Assembly (NCBI GenBank): GCA_965116875.1
Contig: OZ220733.1
Coordinates: 960,001 to 1,024,000 of the forward strand
Direction of reading: 5' to 3'
DNA: 64,000 bases
Origin: Candidatus Latescibacterota bacterium
GTDB taxonomy: Bacteria > Latescibacterota > UBA2968 > GCA-2709665
The notes below the pieces were generated by a model. The model did no database searches. It had not been told where the DNA came from and saw nothing but the letters and a program-made list of their open reading frames with translations. Below, one piece after another: positions 59,039 to 64,000 of this stretch. Position numbers and translations under genes: made by a program. The stretch's first letter is position 1, and each line of letters begins with the position of its first letter.

Positions 59039-61462
59039 CTACAGCATGGAAACCGGGTCGATGTCCACGTCCAGCGTCACTGCGGCGCGGCGGCGACCGT
59101 ATTCCCGCATGGCGCGACGGGCGAGGACGTTCAGGTTTCTTGACGAAGGCGTCTTGATCACGACCTGCCACCGGAAGTTTCTGCGGATACGGGCAAGCGG
59201 CGCCTGCGCCGGTCCCATGACATCAACGTCCGGCAACGCCATTGCGCGCAGTGTCTCGGCGCACAGCCCCGCGGCACGGGCAACGTCATGCTCATGTTTT
59301 CCTTTAAAAAGAAGCAGGGCCATACGGCCGTACGGCGGATAGAGTACGCTGCGTCGCCCCTCCAGTTCAAGCTCGGCAAATCGATGAAAATCGTGGTTCC
59401 GCGCGCACCGCACGGCTTCGCCTTCCGGAAGGTACGTCTGAATGACAACCTCGCCGGGAGTATGCCCGCGTCCGGCCCGGCCACTCACCTGCGTAAGCAA
59501 CTGAAACGTGCGTTCTCCCGCTCTGAAGTCGGGTAGATGGATGCCCGTATCGGCCGAAATGACGCCCACGAGGGTAACCCCGGGAAAATCCAGACCCTTG
59601 GCCACCATCTGTGTGCCCAGCAGGACGTCCGCCCGCCCTTTTCTGAAAGTTTCGAGGATTCGGTCGTGCGCTCCTTTTCTCCTGGTGGTATCGACGTCCA
59701 TCCGGAGCAGGCGCATCTCGGGAAATTGTCCGGTGAGGGCTTCTTCCACGCGTTGCGTGCCCACTCCAAGCAGCTTGAGACGGGTACCCTCACATGCGCG
59801 GCATGCGGACGGCGCCGGGGTATCGAACGCGCAGTAGTGGCACACCATCCGGCGGCCCGGGGCGTGGTACGTGAGCGTGACCCGGCAATTCGGGCATTGT
59901 AGACTGCCTCCACAATCCATGCACTGCACGAAGGGTGCGTAACCTCTGCGGTTTTGCAGCAGGATGACCCGCTCTTTTTTCTCAAGACGGTCCTTTAGCT
60001 TCTCCCGCAAGACCCCCGAAAAAAGACCGCTTTCTTTCCTCATATCCACCAGGGTGACTTCGGGCAGCGGGCGGGAATCAATCCGTTCCGGCAGCGGGAG
60101 CAGATGGAATTTTTCCGTGTCGACGTTGTGAATGGACTCGAGCGCGGGCGTCGCCGAACCCAGTACAATGGGGACATTCTCCATTTTCGCGCGCATTACC
60201 GCCACGTCGCGCGCATTGTACCGGGGCGCCGGATCCGACTGCTTGTATGCGCCATCGTGTTCCTCGTCCACAACGATCAGGCCCAGGTTGGATACCGGCG
60301 CGAAGACCGCCGAACGGGCGCCGATGACGATGGTCCGCCGGCCCTCACGAACGTCCCGCCAGGCATCGTAGCGTTCGCTTTCCGAAAGCGCGCTGTGAAT
60401 GACGGCTACCCGGTTGCCGAAATGGGATCTGAAGCGGCGTACCGTCTGTGGCGTGAGCGAAATCTCGGGAACCAATATCAGCGCGCCAAGTCCGTACTTC
60501 AATACGCGGTCGACAGCCCGGATGTATACCAGCGTTTTACCGCTTCCGGTAACCCCGTGAAGGAGAAAGGAATTGAACCTGGGAGGATTGAGCGAATCCC
60601 GGATTTCCTCCAAAGCGCGCCGCTGATGGACGGTGGGCGTGAGCCGCTCAGGCGCGTTGGACTCAACTTCCGCGTACGGGTCCCTGCGCACTTCCCTGCG
60701 GTAGATCCGAACCAGTCGTCGGTCCGCCAGCGCCTTGAGGATGCCGGATCGGATTCCCGAGCGTGTCAGCGCCGCGGCAGGCATGACGCCGCCGCTTGCC
60801 CGGATGCGCCTGAGACATTCCGCCTGCCGGGGCGCCCGGCGCTCCAGTGCGGACCATTCCACTTCGAACCACCGGGCATCGGGCACCAGTTTCACCATGC
60901 GCTCCTGCATGGGCTTGACCCTGGGGTCTTCGATGGTCTGAAACGTTGTCAGCAAACCCCTTCGAATCAATCCGTACACGGCACTGCGTACCCCGCTGCC
61001 GCGAAGGCGGCGTTGCAGTTGGCTGAGCCTGGACGGGCCGCGTGATTTCAGGTGGTCCAGAACCTGTTGCTGAAAGGGGGTTATCGGGCCGGGGTCCGCG
61101 CCATTGAGCGAGGTAACGGCTATTCGCTGTCCGCTGTGCGTATGGATTCCGGCGGGAAGCGCGGCCGTAAGCACTTCGGATAGCGTGCAGACATAGTAGC
61201 CGGCCATCCATCGGCACAGATCCAGGAGGTCTGGCGAGACGACTGGATAGGCGTCCAGCAGGATGCCGATCGACTTGACGTTTTCCAGGTCGGTCCCGTC
61301 CTGAAAACCGACGACGATGCCGGTCGTCCACCTGGGACCCAGCGGAACGAGCGCTCTGCTACCCATGTGAATCCGGCGCTTGAGGTCATCGGGAACCAGA
61401 TAGGTCATTTCCCGGTCGATTGGCGTGGCGAGGGGGACAATTTGCGCGTAGTTGAAATCCAT
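59039..61462 (-). CDS. priA: Primosomal protein N'
   Basis: GVTGSGKT, LVPEISLT, DEEH, NRRGY, Cys-rich zinc motifs, GTQMVAKGLDF, QVSGRAGR, DIDP. Confidence 0.97.
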   Translation of the reverse strand: MDFNYAQIVPLATPIDREMTYLVPDDLKRRIHMGSRALVPLGPRWTTGIVVGFQDGTDLENVKSIGILLDAYPVVSPDLLDLCRWMAGYYVCTLSEVLTAALPAGIHTHSGQRIAVTSLNGADPGPITPFQQQVLDHLKSRGPSRLSQLQRRLRGSGVRSAVYGLIRRGLLTTFQTIEDPRVKPMQERMVKLVPDARWFEVEWSALERRAPRQAECLRRIRASGGVMPAAALTRSGIRSGILKALADRRLVRIYRREVRRDPYAEVESNAPERLTPTVHQRRALEEIRDSLNPPRFNSFLLHGVTGSGKTLVYIRAVDRVLKYGLGALILVPEISLTPQTVRRFRSHFGNRVAVIHSALSESERYDAWRDVREGRRTIVIGARSAVFAPVSNLGLIVVDEEHDGAYKQSDPAPRYNARDVAVMRAKMENVPIVLGSATPALESIHNVDTEKFHLLPLPERIDSRPLPEVTLVDMRKESGLFSGVLREKLKDRLEKKERVILLQNRRGYAPFVQCMDCGGSLQCPNCRVTLTYHAPGRRMVCHYCAFDTPAPSACRACEGTRLKLLGVGTQRVEEALTGQFPEMRLLRMDVDTTRRKGAHDRILETFRKGRADVLLGTQMVAKGLDFPGVTLVGVISADTGIHLPDFRAGERTFQLLTQVSGRAGRGHTPGEVVIQTYLPEGEAVRCARNHDFHRFAELELEGRRSVLYPPYGRMALLLFKGKHEHDVARAAGLCAETLRAMALPDVDVMGPAQAPLARIRRNFRWQVVIKTPSSRNLNVLARRAMREYGRRRAAVTLDVDIDPVSML

Positions 61463-61468
61463 TACGGA

Positions 61469-62371
61469 TCAACGCACGGGTGGCGGCAACACGGATTCAA
61501 CCTCTTCCACCCAGACATTGTGTCGGGAAATGAAGAGTCGGCGCTTCAGGCCGTGTTCTGTAGTGAGGGAAACAGGCTTGTCCTGCAGGAATATGGAGAC
61601 TGCGGAGGGATCTTCAATTTCCACGCGGAACCCATTGAGAGCGGTCCACGTCCGCTGTGTGCCGGAAAGCAGGCGGTCATTGTAGGTGGAATCACCGTCG
61701 CTGAATACCAGAACGCGGGTGTCCATAAGCGCATCAATGCGCAGGACGATCTCGTCTTCCCAGATGCCCGAGTACTGCTGTGGAAGGGAATAGGCCGACA
61801 CGACCCGCTCGTCCTGCGCCCCGTTCACGGCGACGTCCGTTTCACGGGACCCGGCACGCGGGGAGTCGGCAGCCGCTTCCTCGAAGGGACGCTCGGGCGC
61901 GACAGGAGGAACCTCGGGATCCGGCGCTGAGGAAGGTTCCGGACCGGAATCTACCGATGGAGCTACGTATTCTGACACCGGCGCCTCCGTCGATACCGGC
62001 GCCACAGGCGTCGAGTCACGCCGCAGCAACACCCCTGCGATAACGGCAATAAATGCCAGTACGCATAGAATCCCCAAGATGCGGCCCATTGGCAGCGAAG
62101 GTTCCCGCTCCCTGCTCGCAACGCGTTGAGCGGTCGCCGTGACCGGTCTGTTCTTTTCGTATCTGGCCAGCGTCTCCTCGACGTCCAGGCCTATTTCCTG
62201 CGCGTATTTCTTGATAAACAGGCGAACGTAGATTTCCGGAAGGATGTCGTAGTTGCCGGACTCGATCGCACGGAGATACTCGGGGTTGAGCCGCGTCCGT
62301 TCGAACAATTCTTCGAGGGACATACCAATGGATTCGCGTTGTGCGCGTAACTCTGATGCGAATTCCCGCAT
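61469..62371 (-). CDS. RodZ-like HTH-TM-DUF4115 protein
   Basis: HTH_25 motif YLRAIESGNYDILPEIYVRLFIKKYA, a single TM helix and a C-terminal beta domain. Confidence 0.8.
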   Translation of the reverse strand: MREFASELRAQRESIGMSLEELFERTRLNPEYLRAIESGNYDILPEIYVRLFIKKYAQEIGLDVEETLARYEKNRPVTATAQRVASREREPSLPMGRILGILCVLAFIAVIAGVLLRRDSTPVAPVSTEAPVSEYVAPSVDSGPEPSSAPDPEVPPVAPERPFEEAAADSPRAGSRETDVAVNGAQDERVVSAYSLPQQYSGIWEDEIVLRIDALMDTRVLVFSDGDSTYNDRLLSGTQRTWTALNGFRVEIEDPSAVSIFLQDKPVSLTTEHGLKRRLFISRHNVWVEEVESVLPPPVR

Positions 62372-62385
62372 TGGATACTCCGGTA

Positions 62386-62991
62386 TCAATCCTTGCAATG
62401 CCCGGCGGCGTACATCAACGACGAACGACCCGCCAGGCGTTCGAGGAGTGAGCAGAAAAGCGAAATCGGCAATCCGACAACGTTGTAGAAGCATCCGGAG
62501 ATGGACTGGACGAACGCGGCCGCCCTGCCCTGTACCGCATATGCGCCCGCCTTGTCCATAGGTTCGCCTGACTGCACGTACAGGTGAATTTCCTCCGCCG
62601 TGAGCGGTCTCATGGCGACGTCCGTCACGGCCACGTCCCGCAGGGTGCGCCCGGTCCCGGAGTCGATCAACGTCAGGCCGGTATACACGCGGTGCGTCTT
62701 TCCCGAGAGTCTGCTCAGCATGCGAATTGCCTCGTCTTCACCGCCCGGCTTTTCCAGGATGTCGCCATCCGCCACGACCACGGTATCCGCGCCAATTACG
62801 ATTTCCCTGTTGAACCTCGCGGCAACCGCCCGCGCCTTTCGGCCGGAGATTTCCTGCACGTAGTCCGCGGGTGGAATCGATCTGTCCAGGGTTTCCGAAA
62901 CATGGCTCGGCACCACGTCGAAGGACAGGCCGAGCAGGCGCAACAGGTCGGACCGCCTCGGTGATGCAGAGGCCAGAATGAGTTTTTTCAT
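62386..62991 (-). CDS. maf: Maf family nucleoside triphosphate pyrophosphatase
   Basis: LILASASPRR, IGADTVV, LEKP, DKAGAY, NVVGLP. Confidence 0.95.
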   Translation of the reverse strand: MKKLILASASPRRSDLLRLLGLSFDVVPSHVSETLDRSIPPADYVQEISGRKARAVAARFNREIVIGADTVVVADGDILEKPGGEDEAIRMLSRLSGKTHRVYTGLTLIDSGTGRTLRDVAVTDVAMRPLTAEEIHLYVQSGEPMDKAGAYAVQGRAAAFVQSISGCFYNVVGLPISLFCSLLERLAGRSSLMYAAGHCKD

Positions 62992-63040
62992 GGCGGGAAA
63001 GGTGTTGCCTGAAATGGCTGCGCGGCGGCGATGTCCCGGC

Positions 63041-63478
63041 CTAGGACTCAACCATCAGGGTAACCGGGCCGTCGTTGTGAATCTCAACCTGCATGTCGGC
63101 CCCGAACTGCCCCGTCCGCACGGATACGCCCTGGCTTCGCAGCGCATCCACGAATTCGCCATAGTACGCCTCGGCCATCTCCGGTGGAGCCGCGCCAGAA
63201 TAACCGGGACGGCGGCCCTTCCGGGTATCGCCGTAGAGCGTGAATTGCGAGACGACCAGAACCTGCCCCCCAATTTCCAAGAGGGAACGGTTCATCCTGC
63301 CCTGTTCGTCTTCAAATATCCGCAGGTGGATGCATTTGCCGGCCACGTACTGTATGTTGTCGGGTGTGTCTTCACGGCCGACGCCCAGAAGTATCAGCAT
63401 CCCCCGACCGATTTCGGCCGTGAGTTCCCCGTTGATGAACACCGCGGAACGGCTGACCCGTTGTACAAGCGCACGCAC
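63041..63478 (-). CDS. dtd: D-aminoacyl-tRNA deacylase
   Basis: RALVQRV, LRIFED, VSQFTLYG, GRRP, FGADM, NDGPVT. Confidence 0.96.
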   Translation of the reverse strand: MRALVQRVSRSAVFINGELTAEIGRGMLILLGVGREDTPDNIQYVAGKCIHLRIFEDEQGRMNRSLLEIGGQVLVVSQFTLYGDTRKGRRPGYSGAAPPEMAEAYYGEFVDALRSQGVSVRTGQFGADMQVEIHNDGPVTLMVES

Positions 63479-63656
63479 CCTGGTTCCTGGAATACCAAGA
63501 AGCTGACTTAAAATTCCCAGCGGTCTTCGCACGGCTGCAAAAGCACCGGTCGGAAACTCGCCGGTAATCTTAAAACAACTTCCAATGAACGCCACCAAAA
63601 AGGTGGGTTGCGGTGGAGATATCCGGCATGAGGGGCAATACAACATGCCAATCTGT

Positions 63657-63685
63657 AATGTAGCCGATTCACAGGGGCGAGGCAA
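63657..63685 (-). promoter_or_regulatory. Putative sigma70-type promoter for the dtd-maf-rodZ-priA unit
   Basis: TTGCCT-N17-TACATT on the minus strand. Confidence 0.4.
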
Positions 63686-63761
63686 GCGAAACAACGAGCC
63701 GCGAAAACGAGGACCGGACGCAGAAATTGAGAAACAGGACGCCGTTTCTTCGCGGCCGCGT

Positions 63762-64000
63762 TCACAGCCCGTATCCTCCCCGGCGATGTTCGACCTTTAT
63801 CTGCGGAAAGTCCTTGATATTGAGCTTGAAATGGAATCCCTTGTTGAATCCGGTTGGGTACCAGCTGAACGTGGCCTGCCAGCAGTGAAGGTCCCTGTTT
63901 ACGTAAATCGTCTGGGAAATCAGCCGGGTGTCAATCACGTCGAAGTTGACGGAATAATTGAAGCGCCAGGCGCGCGTGGGATTCAATGCCAGGTCTGCCT
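63762..64000 (-). CDS. lptD: C-terminus of putative LPS-assembly protein LptD (FCB type), partial
   Basis: WRFNYSVNFD...RDLHCWQATFSWYP...FHFKLNIK..PQIK motif; runs off the window. Confidence 0.8.
   Translation of the reverse strand, partial: ADLALNPTRAWRFNYSVNFDVIDTRLISQTIYVNRDLHCWQATFSWYPTGFNKGFHFKLNIKDFPQIKVEHRRGGYGL

Overview
GC-rich bacterial chromosomal window, most likely from an FCB-group organism (Latescibacterota/Gemmatimonadota-like; inferred from the FCB-type LptD C-terminus, DUF4159/DUF4175/MoxR/DUF58 cluster and GWxTD protein). Bases 1-7.6 kb form a more AT-rich accessory region around tRNA-Leu(CAA): a frameshifted TerB-N/TerB (Shango SngA-like) gene, an AAA+/DUF4143 ATPase, an orphan antitoxin, a pentapeptide-FRG fusion, a retropepsin pair and nested REP/MITE-like palindromes. 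It is followed by nfeD/mini-nfeD/floA, tRNA-Met with a PIN toxin-antitoxin pair, catabolic operons (C45 peptidase, homocysteine methyltransferase, ceramidase-like; heparinase II/III, epimerases, DUF362), argRCBDGH, a GWxTD gene, a MoxR cluster, priA, a RodZ-like gene, maf, dtd and the end of lptD. The most notable unexplained signals are: (1) a ~195-bp non-coding element present twice in inverted orientation 23 kb apart (16306-16502 and 39740-39931, about 80% identical by manual alignment); (2) a chimeric floA::nfeD mini-gene apparently born by tandem duplication and kept under selection; (3) an apparently inactivated RepB/AEP primase-like gene coupled to argH; (4) a candidate Arg-Arg leader peptide between argR and argC. 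No CRISPR array, rRNA, integrase or transposase was seen. All family assignments come from motif recognition by eye, not database searches.
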